DNA of 64,000 bases from an uncultured Solirubrobacterales bacterium. Its GTDB lineage: Bacteria; Actinomycetota; Thermoleophilia; Solirubrobacterales; 70-9. The position numbers and the translations under genes were made by a program. Below the pieces are notes generated by a model. It searched no databases. It had not been told where the DNA came from and was given only the letters and a program-made list of their open reading frames with translations. This document shows positions 28,550 to 37,467 of this stretch, piece after piece. Numbering within the stretch: the first letter of the stretch is position 1; every line of letters begins with the position of its first letter. The stretch spans positions 38,256-102,255 of the forward strand of contig CAWIVF010000006.1 in assembly GCA_963839535.1 (NCBI GenBank). The letters are read 5' to 3'.

Positions 28550-30472
28550 ATGAGCGATCCGCGACCGGCGACGCCGCTGCTCGACCGGATCGAGTGGCCG
28601 TCGGACATGAAGGGGCTGACGCTGCCCGAGCTGCGCCAGCTCGCCGACGAGCTGCGGGCCGAGACCATCTCGGCGGTGAGCGTGACCGGCGGGCACCTCG
28701 GGGCCGGGCTCGGCGTCGTCGAGCTGACGGTGGCGATCCATGCGGTCTTCAACGCGCCGAAGGACGTGCTGATCTGGGACGTCGGGCACCAGTGCTACCC
28801 GCACAAGATCCTGACCGGGCGCCGCGACCGCATCCGCACGCTGAGGGCCGGGGGCGGGCTCTCGGGATTCACCCGGCGGGCGGAGAGCGCCTACGACCCG
28901 TTCGGGGCGGCGCATTCCTCGACCTCGATCTCGGCCGGCCTCGGCTTCGCGGTGGCGCGCGACCTCGGGGCGCCCGACATCGGCGACGTGGTCTGCGTGA
29001 TCGGCGACGGGGCGATGTCGGCCGGCATGGCCTACGAGGCGATGAACAACGCCGGCCACATGAAGGAGCGGCTGATCGTCGTCCTCAACGACAACGAGAT
29101 GTCGATCGCGCCGCCGGTCGGGGCGATGTCGAAGTACCTGTCGCGCCTCTACGCCGGCGAGCCGTTCCAGGACCTGCGCGCCGCGGCCAAGGGCGCGGTC
29201 AACCTGCTTCCGGGTCCGTTCCGCGAGGGCGCGAAGCGCGCGCACGAGCTGGTCAAGGGGCTGGCGATCGGCGGCACGCTCTTCGAGGAGCTCGGCTTCT
29301 CCTACGTCGGCCCGATCGACGGCCACGACATGGAGAGCCTCGTCCCGATCCTGCGCGCCGTGAAGGCGCGCGCCGGCGGCCCGGTGCTCGTGCACGCGCT
29401 GACCCGCAAGGGCAAGGGCTACGCGCCGGCCGAGGCGTCGAGCGACAAGTACCACGGGGTCGCGAAGTTCGACGTGGTGACTGGCGCGCAGGTGAAGAAG
29501 CCTTCGAACGCGCCCTCCTACACCAAGGTGTTCGCGCAGAGCCTGATCCGCGAGGCGGCGGCGGACGAGCGCATCGTCGCGGTGACGGCGGCGATGCCGG
29601 ACGGCACCGGGCTCGACCTGTTCGCCGAGAGGTTCCCGAAGCGCTGCTTCGACGTCGGCATCGCCGAGCAGCACGGCGTCACCTTCTGCGCCGGCATGGC
29701 GGCGGCGGGGATGAAGCCGTTCGCCGCGATCTACTCGACCTTCCTGCAGCGCGGCTACGACCAGGTGGTGCACGACGTGGCGATCCAGGGACTGCCGGTG
29801 CGCTTCGCGATCGACCGCGCCGGGCTCGTCGGCGCCGACGGGCCGACGCATGCCGGGGCGTTCGATGTGGCTTATCTCGCGTGCCTGCCGGGCTTCGTGG
29901 TCATGGCGGCCGCCGACGAGGCCGAGCTCGTGCACATGGTGGCGACCGCGGTGGCGATCGACGACCGGCCGAGCGCCTTCCGCTTCCCGCGCGGCGAGGG
30001 GGTGGGCGTCGAGCTGCCGGAGCGCGGGGTGCCGCTCGAGGTCGGGCGCGGGCGCGTCGTCGTCGAAGGGCAGGGGGTGGCGATCCTGTCGTTCGGGGCG
30101 CGGCTCGGCGAGTGCCTGAAGGCGGCGGAGGCGCTGGCGGCGAAGGGGGTGCGGCCGACGGTGGCCGACGCGCGCTTCGCCAAGCCCTTGGACCGGCAGC
30201 TGATTCTGCGGCTGGCGCGCGAGCACGAGGGGCTCGTCACCATCGAGGAGGGCTCGGTCGGCGGCTTCGGGAGCCATGTGGCGCAGCTCCTCGCCGAGGA
30301 GGGGGTGTTCGACCGGGGACTGAAGTTCCGGTCGATGGTGCTGCCCGATCGCTTCATCCAGCAGGATACGCCGGAGCGGATGTACGCGGAGGCTGGGCTC
30401 AATGCGGCCGACATCGAGGCGAAGGTGCTGGGGTTGCTGGACGTCGCGAAGCTCGGGGCGCGGAGGGCCTGA
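28550..30472 (+). CDS. dxs: 1-deoxy-D-xylulose-5-phosphate synthase
   Basis: [23 protein letters not shown]...[18 protein letters not shown]...[18 protein letters not shown]. About 640 aa. GGGAGGGAAG SD upstream. Confidence 0.95.
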   Translation: MSDPRPATPLLDRIEWPSDMKGLTLPELRQLADELRAETISAVSVTGGHLGAGLGVVELTVAIHAVFNAPKDVLIWDVGHQCYPHKILTGRRDRIRTLRAGGGLSGFTRRAESAYDPFGAAHSSTSISAGLGFAVARDLGAPDIGDVVCVIGDGAMSAGMAYEAMNNAGHMKERLIVVLNDNEMSIAPPVGAMSKYLSRLYAGEPFQDLRAAAKGAVNLLPGPFREGAKRAHELVKGLAIGGTLFEELGFSYVGPIDGHDMESLVPILRAVKARAGGPVLVHALTRKGKGYAPAEASSDKYHGVAKFDVVTGAQVKKPSNAPSYTKVFAQSLIREAAADERIVAVTAAMPDGTGLDLFAERFPKRCFDVGIAEQHGVTFCAGMAAAGMKPFAAIYSTFLQRGYDQVVHDVAIQGLPVRFAIDRAGLVGADGPTHAGAFDVAYLACLPGFVVMAAADEAELVHMVATAVAIDDRPSAFRFPRGEGVGVELPERGVPLEVGRGRVVVEGQGVAILSFGARLGECLKAAEALAAKGVRPTVADARFAKPLDRQLILRLAREHEGLVTIEEGSVGGFGSHVAQLLAEEGVFDRGLKFRSMVLPDRFIQQDTPERMYAEAGLNAADIEAKVLGLLDVAKLGARRA

Positions 30473-30509
30473 TCCGTTCGGGATCAAGGGTTAGCGGCGC
30501 GAGCCTTGA

Positions 30510-30548
30510 ATGCACACTTCATGCACAACGCATGCACAACGCATGCAC
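30510..30548. repeat. Four ATGCAC motifs at exact 11-bp spacing (two perfect ATGCACAACGC units)
   Basis: ATGCACacttc ATGCACaacgc ATGCACaacgc ATGCACctgaa, with starts at 30510, 30521, 30532 and 30543. Lies in a visibly lower-GC spacer between dxs and the next gene. Confidence 0.8.
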
Positions 30549-30645
30549 CTGAAACCCGCGATCCGGGAAAGGTTACTGCAACGGAGATCGCCGACCTGCA
30601 ACGCTGGAACTTCCAATCCAACATTGATCGTGGCACGCTCATCAG

Positions 30646-31215
30646 ATGCGGCCACTTCGGTATTCCATCAACGTCACATTGGACGGATGCTGCGATCATC
30701 GCGTAGGTGTAGCGGACGAGGAGCTGCATCGTCACGCCGTCGAGAACCTCGCGCGGGCCGATGCCCTCGTCTTTGGCCGGGTCACCTACCAAATGATGGA
30801 GGCCGCGTGGCGGCCGGTGGCGCGGACGGGAGTGAGGCCCGACTGGATGGCCGACTGGATGGAGCCGTTCGCCCGGACGATCGACGCGGCAAAGAAGTAT
30901 GCCGTTTCGAGCACCCTGGACCAGGTGGACTGGAACGCGGAGCTCGTGCGCGGGGATCATCTGGAGAAGACCGTTCGGCAGCTCAAGCAGCAGCCGGGCA
31001 AGGGGCTGTTCGTGGGAGGCGTGAAGCTGCCGCTGGCCTTGGCGGAGCTTGGACTGATCGACGAATACGAGCTCATCGTGCAGCCAAGGCTCGTGGGGCA
31101 CGGGCCGACACTGTTCGCGGGACTGTCGAAGTACGTCGATCTGAAGCTCGTGAGCCGGCAGGAGTTCGGCTCAGGGGCGGTGGCGATGCGCTATGTGCCT
31201 AGAGCGCAAGGTTGA
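30646..31215 (+). CDS. Dihydrofolate reductase-like (RibD C-terminal domain) family protein
   Basis: 189 aa. MRPLRYSINVTLDGCCDH...ALVFGRVTYQMM...GLIDEYELIVQPRLVGHG is the typical pattern of this family. Confidence 0.75.
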   Translation: MRPLRYSINVTLDGCCDHRVGVADEELHRHAVENLARADALVFGRVTYQMMEAAWRPVARTGVRPDWMADWMEPFARTIDAAKKYAVSSTLDQVDWNAELVRGDHLEKTVRQLKQQPGKGLFVGGVKLPLALAELGLIDEYELIVQPRLVGHGPTLFAGLSKYVDLKLVSRQEFGSGAVAMRYVPRAQG

Positions 31216-31279
31216 GGCCGTCCTGTAGTCGTGCGGGGCGGCGAGGACAGCACGAGGCTGAAGGGCAGACCGGCGGCGA

Positions 31280-31765
31280 TCAATCCGTGTCGGGCGGCAC
31301 CTCGACCGCGAGCACCTCGAGCTCGACCGGCTGGCCGCGCAGGGTGACGGTGACCGACTGGCCGGCGACGGCGCCGAGGAGCGCGCGGGCGACCGGGGCC
31401 GGGTAGGGGATGCGGCCGGCGGCCGGGTCGGCCTCGTCCTCGCCGGTCAGCACCACGGTGCGGGGCTCGCCGTCCTCGGCCTGGTAGGTCACGCGGCTGC
31501 CGAACTGCACCGCGGGGTCGTCGGGGTCGGGCGCGGTCAGCCGGGCGGTGGCGTGGCGCGCGCGCCAGTAGCGCAGGTCGCGGCGCAGCCGGGCGGTGGC
31601 GGCCTCGTCGGGCGAGTTGCCGAGCGCGGTCTCGATCTCGGCGAGGCGCCGCTCGATCTGCCGCAGGCCGCGGGGGGTGACGAGGTTCGGGGCGGAGCTC
31701 ACCGGGATCTCGGGCAGCGCCTCCGGGCGCGAACCGTCGTCCTCCTTCACGAAAGCGCGGCTCAT
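31280..31765 (-). CDS. GreA/GreB-family (Rnk-like) transcription factor
   Basis: MSRAFVKEDD... with a coiled-coil and a C-terminal FKBP-like fold signature (VQFGSRVTY...IPYPAPVARALLGAVAGQSVTV). Start set at the ATG at 31765. Confidence 0.7.
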   Translation of the reverse strand: MSRAFVKEDDGSRPEALPEIPVSSAPNLVTPRGLRQIERRLAEIETALGNSPDEAATARLRRDLRYWRARHATARLTAPDPDDPAVQFGSRVTYQAEDGEPRTVVLTGEDEADPAAGRIPYPAPVARALLGAVAGQSVTVTLRGQPVELEVLAVEVPPDTD

Positions 31766-31848
31766 CGGCTGTCCTCCCTGAGGACGAAGCGTATCGCCTG
31801 CGGCCCGGTGCGGCAACCTCGCGCTGGCGGGATCGCCACGGGGGGCGC

Positions 31849-32379
31849 TCAGCCCCGGCGTGAGCGCGGCGTCCTGGCCGTGTCGACAGGGCGCGGGAGT
31901 TCCACGACCACGTCCGAGGTCCCGGTCTCGGTCTCGGGCGCGATCACCAGCCGGGCCTTGAGGGCCGCGACCTCCAGCTCGAGGCCGCGCACGCGCTGCT
32001 CGAGCGTCGGTTGCCGGGGCCGCCGCAGGGAGGTCCGCCAGCTCCGGCCGGCCTGCAACAGCGGCTCCAGGCGACCGCGGACCCGGAGCAGCAGGTCGTG
32101 TGTCGCCTGGCGGATCGAGGCGGTTCGCTGCGGCGATGCCGCGGCGATGGTCCAGCCGAGCACCGAGCTCGCCCCGAACCAGACGAAGAAGCCAGCCGCC
32201 CCGGCCCAGACCGGCACGAGGAAGCCCGGCAGCAGCACCGCCGCCCAGCCGGCGGCCGGCCGGCGCGGCGCCGGATCGGGCAGCCGGAAGGCGCGGCGGC
32301 GCTTCGGGTCGGTCCCCGCCAGATGGGCGAAGCCGGCGAGGCTGACCACGATGGCGACGATGGTCGCGAGGACGCTCAC
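31849..32379 (-). CDS. Membrane protein (about 3 TM helices plus a C-terminal coiled-coil); possibly the DUF3325-type partner of PepSY proteins
   Basis: The GTG start overlaps the PepSY gene stop (GTGA at 32376-32379). N-terminus VSVLATIVAIVVSLAGFAHL... is hydrophobic; LEQRVRGLELEVAALKARL is coiled-coil-like. Confidence 0.45.
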   Translation of the reverse strand: MSVLATIVAIVVSLAGFAHLAGTDPKRRRAFRLPDPAPRRPAAGWAAVLLPGFLVPVWAGAAGFFVWFGASSVLGWTIAAASPQRTASIRQATHDLLLRVRGRLEPLLQAGRSWRTSLRRPRQPTLEQRVRGLELEVAALKARLVIAPETETGTSDVVVELPRPVDTARTPRSRRG

Positions 32380-33959
32380 TCGGCAGGCCCCAGGACGGGC
32401 CTCGGCCGGCGCCTCGGCAGGCGGCCGCGGGCATGCCACAGCAGGGCGGCGCCGGCGATGAGCAGGAGCAGGTCGACGGTCAGCACGTCGGTCTGCCCCG
32501 CGAGCAGCGCCTCGGCCCAGTCCATGCCGCCGGTGCCGAGGCGCAGCACCGGCAGCAGCAGGCAGGCCGCCCCGAGCAGCCGCTGGTAGAGGGTGCCGAG
32601 CCGCGCCGGGTCGGGGACGCGAAGGCCGACCGCGATGGCGATCGCCGCGCCGAGCACGAAGCCGGCGGGCGTCCACCAGAACGGATCCCCGGCCGGCAGC
32701 GACGGGAAGAAGGCGTAGGCCGAGGCCAGCATCGCGATCGGCAGCCCGTAGCCGGTGATCTGCACCGCCCGCCCGAAGCCCCGCCAGGTCGCCTGGTCGG
32801 CGCGGCGCCGCACCCAGAGCCGGAAGCCCGAGAGGATGACGAAGCACATCGCCACCCCGAGCGCGCCCCAGATCGCCTTGGAGAGGATGCCGGCGAAATG
32901 CCCGAAGTGCAGCGGGTACATGAGGCCGTAGAAGAGGCCGCCGGCCGACGGCCGGGTCCCGACCGGCGCCTGGCGGCCGAGGAAGGCGCGGCTCGGGCCT
33001 TCGTAGACGTTGGTCACGTAGAGCATTCCGCCCGCGGACGGGTCGTGCCAGACGAAGACGCGGGCGTCGGCGCGGCCGTAGTCGGAGATGCCGACGTAGG
33101 TGACCGGCCCGCCGGCGCGGGCCGTGGAGTCGGCGAGGATGTAGTCGAGGCTCGCGAGCGGCGCCGGCGTCGGATCCTCGGGCACCGGCGGCTCGAACAG
33201 CGTCGCGGACATCGCCTCCTCGTCGCCGCCGAAGGCGACGCTGGCGACGAGCGGGAAGCCGATGGTGCCGGCGAAGCTGAAGAACGACCCGGTGAAGGCG
33301 AGCAGGAAGGCGAAGGGAAGGCTCCAGCTCGACGCGAGCACGTGCCGGTCGCGCACCGAGGCCAGCCGACCGCCCGGCCGCTCGGCGAGGAACAGGTCGC
33401 GGATCAGGTGGCGGTGCATCAAGAGCCCGGAGACCACCGCCGCCATCATCATCAGCCCGAGGATGCCGGTCAGGATCAGGCCCCAGGGATCGGGCAGGTA
33501 GAGCTGCACGTGCAGCTCGACCAGGAACTTGCGCAAGGCGCTCGTCTCCCAGGCGGCGGGCTGGTGCCAGATGAAGCCGTCGTGGCGGTCGAGGGTGTCG
33601 CCGGTCCGGGCGTCGATGCGGAACATGGTCCCGAGGTCGTCCTCGAGCCCGGTCTCGGGGTTCAGGGCATGGGTGTGGAAGAAGACGTGCAGGTCGGAGC
33701 CCTCGCCCGACCACATCCCGACGTCGTGCAGGTATTCGGGGTCGACCTCGCCGGCGAGCTGGCGGACCCTGGCGTCGATCGGCACGTCGAGGGGCCGGGC
33801 CTCGCGCGGCGCTCCGACCGACCAGCGCCCGATCTCGTTGGCGAAGACCGCGACCGCGCCGGTGGCGACGACGGCGTAGAGCAGGAGGCCGAGGACGACG
33901 GCGCTCCAGCCGTGGATCGCGGTGAGCCGCTTGATCTGGGTCTGCGACAGGGCGCGCAT
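32376..33959 (-). CDS. PepSY-associated TM-helix protein (PiuB-like, putative iron-related reductase/membrane protein)
   Basis: MRALSQTQIKRLTAIHGWSAVVLGLLLYAVVATG... is the typical PepSY_TM N-terminus. 527 aa. The ATG overlaps the upstream stop (ATGA at 33957-33961). Confidence 0.8.
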   Translation of the reverse strand: MRALSQTQIKRLTAIHGWSAVVLGLLLYAVVATGAVAVFANEIGRWSVGAPREARPLDVPIDARVRQLAGEVDPEYLHDVGMWSGEGSDLHVFFHTHALNPETGLEDDLGTMFRIDARTGDTLDRHDGFIWHQPAAWETSALRKFLVELHVQLYLPDPWGLILTGILGLMMMAAVVSGLLMHRHLIRDLFLAERPGGRLASVRDRHVLASSWSLPFAFLLAFTGSFFSFAGTIGFPLVASVAFGGDEEAMSATLFEPPVPEDPTPAPLASLDYILADSTARAGGPVTYVGISDYGRADARVFVWHDPSAGGMLYVTNVYEGPSRAFLGRQAPVGTRPSAGGLFYGLMYPLHFGHFAGILSKAIWGALGVAMCFVILSGFRLWVRRRADQATWRGFGRAVQITGYGLPIAMLASAYAFFPSLPAGDPFWWTPAGFVLGAAIAIAVGLRVPDPARLGTLYQRLLGAACLLLPVLRLGTGGMDWAEALLAGQTDVLTVDLLLLIAGAALLWHARGRLPRRRPRPVLGPAE

Positions 33960-34282
33960 CAGCCCGCCATCGCGACCGCGACCAGCGCGCCCTGGACGAT
34001 GATCGCGCCGGAGATCACCAGGGTGCCGCGGACGAGGTTCTCCTCGAGGCAGGCATAGAAGAACGGCAGCGCCCAGAGCAGCGGGGTCAGGAGGACCGGA
34101 AAGGCGATGTCGTTGATGCCGGCCGCGCCCGAGGGCAGCCACAGAGGCATCGCCATCAGCGACGCCACGCCCGCCACCAGCGCGCCCGGGCCGGCGAGCA
34201 GCCAGCGGGTGAGCGTCGGATGCGCGGTGATCGCCTCGGCGATCCGGCGCGTGCGATGCTCGACGATCTCGGAATACGTCAC
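33959..34282 (-). CDS. Small 3-TM membrane protein (DUF3649-like), first gene of the PepSY operon
   Basis: 107 aa with a GTG start and hydrophobic segments. Translationally coupled to the PepSY gene. Confidence 0.5.
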   Translation of the reverse strand: MTYSEIVEHRTRRIAEAITAHPTLTRWLLAGPGALVAGVASLMAMPLWLPSGAAGINDIAFPVLLTPLLWALPFFYACLEENLVRGTLVISGAIIVQGALVAVAMAG

Positions 34283-34417
34283 GCGAGCACCTCGCTGCCA
34301 GAACGTGTGGCTACCGCAGGCGCTGCGTCGCTTGCCCGACCTTCGGCCAGAATGGGCGGAAGTTCAAGGGCGGGGCGCATCAGGGCGGCGGCCGCTCGAA
34401 GGGCCGGCCGGCGGGCG

Positions 34418-34504
34418 TTAACCCGAGGACGTCGGCGTCGGTTTCCCGTCGGTTTCCTGTAGTTTTCCCGTAGCTACAAATCCGCCGCGACGCATTCGGT
34501 TAAG
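34418..34504. repeat. Copy B of the ~87-bp iteron element
   Basis: TTAACC (34418), then gtttcccgtcg (34441-34451), gtttcctgtag (34452-34462), ttttcccgtag (34463-34473), ctacaaatcc, and GGTTAA (34498). Collinear with copy A at 16502-16589. Confidence 0.75.
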
Positions 34505-34573
34505 CCACGCTCCCCGTCCGGGAAGGCGACCCCCGCGGTTACCCCATGCTCAAGGCAAGAGCCGGCACGAGGT

Positions 34574-34619
34574 CTTCGAGCGATCGCCCTGGCGGGGCAG
34601 TCAGGGCGATCGCTCGAAG
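34574..34619. repeat. Perfect 18-bp inverted repeat with a 10-nt loop
   Basis: cttcgagcgatcgccctg / gcggggcagt / cagggcgatcgctcgaag. Confidence 0.85.
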
Positions 34620-34750
34620 CGAACGCGAGGCTTGTGCAGGCCGGCGGGCGGCATGGCTCGTCGCTACGGAGCGGCGCGTCGGCGTCGCGGCGGTGGCGCC
34701 GGCGCGCCCGCGCCGCGCCGCAGCGGCGGCGCGGGTTTCCGCGTCGCAAA

Positions 34751-34768
34751 AGGAAGGAAGGAAGGAAG
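34751..34768. repeat. Short tetranucleotide run (AGGA/GGAA x4)
   Basis: aggaaggaaggaaggaag, followed by a 10-bp hairpin (ctgatgaagc ggct gcttcatcag) at about 34784-34807. Confidence 0.8.
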
Positions 34769-34829
34769 ATCTGCACCGAGGCGCTGATGAAGCGGCTGCT
34801 TCATCAGGCGCCTTCTCCAGCGTGGGTCT

Positions 34830-34903
34830 GCGAGTCGGGCCGGCGTCAAGGCTGAACGGCCTTCGGCCGCGGCTTCGCCGGCCTTGACCCCGGCCCGACT
34901 CGC
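34830..34903. repeat. Long imperfect hairpin just downstream of the AbrB-family gene (possible terminator or REP-like element)
   Basis: gcgagtcgggccgg-cg-tcaaggc ... gccttga-cc-ccggcccgactcgc, with an inner GGCC-GAA-GGCC hairpin. No U-tract follows on the minus strand. Confidence 0.6.
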
Positions 34904-34952
34904 GGCAGGAGGAAGACGGAAGGGCGGCGGCCTTCAGGCGATTGCGCTGGGA

Positions 34953-35999
34953 TCAGGGCAGCGGTGGCCGGGTTCCGCGCAGCCAGAACGGGCCGATGAG
35001 GTTGAGGACGAGGATGCGCAGGATGTGGTGGGCGCCGACGAAGGCGGGCTCGAGGCCGAGGACGAGCGCCATCGCCGCCATCGCCTCGACGCCGCCGGGG
35101 GCGTAGGCGAGCCAGAGCTGGCCGAACGGCAGGCCGAGCAGCCACACGCCGGCCGCCGCGAAGGCGGCGGAGACGGCGAGGGCGAGCAGGATGCTGACCA
35201 CCGCGCCCGGGACCGTGCGGGCGATGGTGGCGAGCGTGGTGCCGCGGAAGCGGGCGCCGATGACGGCGCCGGTCGCGACGAAGCCGAGGATGACGAGGGG
35301 CTGCGGGAAGCGGCCGTGGACGAGGCCCGAGGCGTGCAGGGCGGCGCTCGCCGCCATGGCGCCGAGCATGGTCCCGGCCGGCACGCCGAGCCGGTGCAGG
35401 AGCAGCGCCAGTGCGCCGCTCGCGACGAGGACGAGCGCGCCGTCGGCGAGCGTGTTGACCTCGGGCGCCGCCGCGCTCCCGCCGGCTCCGACGGTGGCGA
35501 GGGACAGGAGCGGTGGCATCAGCGCGACGAGGGTGAAGACGCGCAGGGTCTGGGCGAGGATGACCCGCGGCAGGTCGGCACTGCTGGTCGCGGCGAGGAC
35601 GGCGACGGCGCTGAAGGCGCCGGGCATGGCGGCGAAGCGGGCGGTGGTGCGGTCCCAGCCGTGGACCCGCTGGAGCCAGGCGGAGGAGACGAGGATGGTC
35701 GCGGCGATCGAGGCGACGAGGAGCGCGACGCTGCCGGGCCAGGTCCGCATCGCCGCCAGGCTCTCGGGGGTGACGCTCGAGCCGATCGAGATGCCGAGGA
35801 GCAGGAACGCCAGCTCGCGCAGGCCGGGCGGCAGCCCGACGGGCAGGCCGGCGAGCGCCGGGGCGGCCGTCGCGACCATCGCCCCGGTCAGCCAGGCCGC
35901 GGGCAGCCCGAGCCCGGCGAAGAGCGCGGCGCCGGCGGCGGCGATCGCCGCGGTCAGCAGGGTCCAGGCGGCGGTGCGTCGGTCGGGGAGCGGGGGCAT
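34953..35999 (-). CDS. AbrB-family (putative ammonia monooxygenase-like) duplicated membrane protein
   Basis: 348 aa, about 10 TM. LPAAWLTGAMVATA...LLLGISIGS is repeated in the second half. Confidence 0.75.
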   Translation of the reverse strand: MPPLPDRRTAAWTLLTAAIAAAGAALFAGLGLPAAWLTGAMVATAAPALAGLPVGLPPGLRELAFLLLGISIGSSVTPESLAAMRTWPGSVALLVASIAATILVSSAWLQRVHGWDRTTARFAAMPGAFSAVAVLAATSSADLPRVILAQTLRVFTLVALMPPLLSLATVGAGGSAAAPEVNTLADGALVLVASGALALLLHRLGVPAGTMLGAMAASAALHASGLVHGRFPQPLVILGFVATGAVIGARFRGTTLATIARTVPGAVVSILLALAVSAAFAAAGVWLLGLPFGQLWLAYAPGGVEAMAAMALVLGLEPAFVGAHHILRILVLNLIGPFWLRGTRPPLP

Positions 36000-36005
36000 G
36001 CGCGG

Positions 36006-36296
36006 TCAGTCGAGGCTGACCTCGCTCGAGTGCGTGACCTTCGGCGGGCTCGCGAAGAAGGGGCCGGCGAGGGCGCGCCAGGCCTGGAAGGCCTCGGACT
36101 GGCGGAAGGTGACGATGTGGTCCTCGACGGTTCGCCACCTCACCACCAGCCGGTAGGTGTCCGGCGTCTCGACGATGCGGTGCAGCGTGACGCCGTGGCA
36201 GCCTTCGGCGGCGAGGAAGTGCGGCCGGGCCTTGGCGACCGCGGCCTCGAAGCCGGCGGGGTCGGTGACGGTGATTTCGGCGATCTCCAGGAACAT
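36006..36296 (-). CDS. Antibiotic-biosynthesis-monooxygenase (ABM, ferredoxin-like) domain protein
   Basis: 96 aa. MFLEIAEITVTDPAGFEAAVAKARPHFLAAEGCHGVTLHRIVETPDTYRLVVRWRTVEDH. Confidence 0.7.
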   Translation of the reverse strand: MFLEIAEITVTDPAGFEAAVAKARPHFLAAEGCHGVTLHRIVETPDTYRLVVRWRTVEDHIVTFRQSEAFQAWRALAGPFFASPPKVTHSSEVSLD

Positions 36297-36386
36297 GGGC
36301 TTCCTCGCTGCTGCGGTTCGGCGTCGATGTTGGCACAGGTGCCGGGGATCCGCATCGGCTCGCGATGCAGATCGGCATGGATGAGG

Positions 36387-37467
36387 TCAGGCGCCGTCCC
36401 GCAGGAGCACCGAGCCCTCGGCGCTGAAGGCGAGGCGGACGGCGGTTCCGACTGCCGGCGGGGCGGTGGCCTCGGGAACCGTGAGGAACAGCTGGCCCGC
36501 GTCGGTGTCGACGAGGATCTCGGTGTGGCTGCCGACGTAGGTGGTCTTGGTCACGGTGCCGGCGAGCGAGCCCGGAGCCTCGCTCGACGATCGCGACGCG
36601 GTTGGGGCGCACCGAGAGCCGCGCCGGTCCCGGACCGTGGCCGCGCGACGGCAGGCTGAGGGTCGCCGATCCGACCTGCACCTCGGCCACGCCGTCCTCG
36701 ACCGAGACGATCCGGCAGGGGACGATGTTCGACTCGCCGATGAAGTCGGCGACGAAGGCGGTGGCCGGGGTGTCGTAGAGCTCGCGCGGCGACCCCTGCT
36801 GGGCGATGACGGCGCGGTCCATCACGATGATCCGGTCGGAGACCGCCAGCGCCTCGGTCTGGTCGTGGGTGACGTAGACGACGGTCAGGCCGAGGGACTG
36901 CTGCAGCTCGCGGATCTCGTCGCGGACCCGGCGGCGCAGCTTGGCGTCGAGGTTCGAGAGCGGCTCGTCGAAGAGCAGCACCTGCGGCTCGAGCACCAGC
37001 GCCCGGGCGACGGCGACGCGCTGCTGCTGGCCGCCGGAGAGCTCGGAGGGGAAGCGCGCCTCGAAGCCGGTGAGCCCGACGAGCGCGAGGCCGTCGGCGG
37101 CGCGGCCGGCGGTCTCGCGCTTGTCGTAGCCCGAGAAGCGCAGGCCGTAGGAGACGTTCTCCATCACCGTCATGTGCGGGAAGAGCGCGTAGGACTGGAA
37201 CACCATCGACACGTCGCGGTCGGTCGCCGGCAGCCGGGTGACGTCCGCCCCGCCGATCAGGACGCGCCCCGCCGTCGGCATCTCGAGCCCGGCGATCATC
37301 CTGAGCGTCGTCGTCTTGCCGCAGCCCGAGGGGCCGAGCAGCGTGACCAGCGTCCCGGCGGCGATCTCGAAGGAGACGTCGTCGACGGCCGGCGTGGTGC
37401 CGCCGGGATAGACCTTGGTCACCCGCTCGAAGGCGACGGAGGCGGCCTTGCCCGCGATCCTGACCAT
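36387..37467 (-). pseudogene. ABC transporter ATPase (FbpC/AfuC/PotA type), +1 frameshift near 36566-36575
   Basis: Walker A GPSGCGKTT, signature LSGGQQQRVAVARA and Walker B LLFDEPLS. After ...RVAIVERGSG the TOBE-like tail (SLAGTVTKTTYVGSHTEILVDTDAGQLFLTVPE...LLRDGA*) is in another frame. Length is 3n+1. The ATG overlaps the permease stop. Confidence 0.8.

Noticed and set aside
30510-30548. The ATGCAC x4 array as additional binding sites of the LacI-family regulator.
   Set aside because: The repeats are direct rather than inverted, and the TGCA-to-TGCA spacing is 11 instead of 10. There is no central CG in register with the LacI-family pattern. I kept it as a separate observation.
34751-34768. 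The (AGGA)4 tetranucleotide run as a phase-variation switch.
   Set aside because: Only four units, located in non-coding DNA far (about 470 nt) from the nearest start codon. Contingency loci normally have longer tracts within or immediately upstream of coding sequence.
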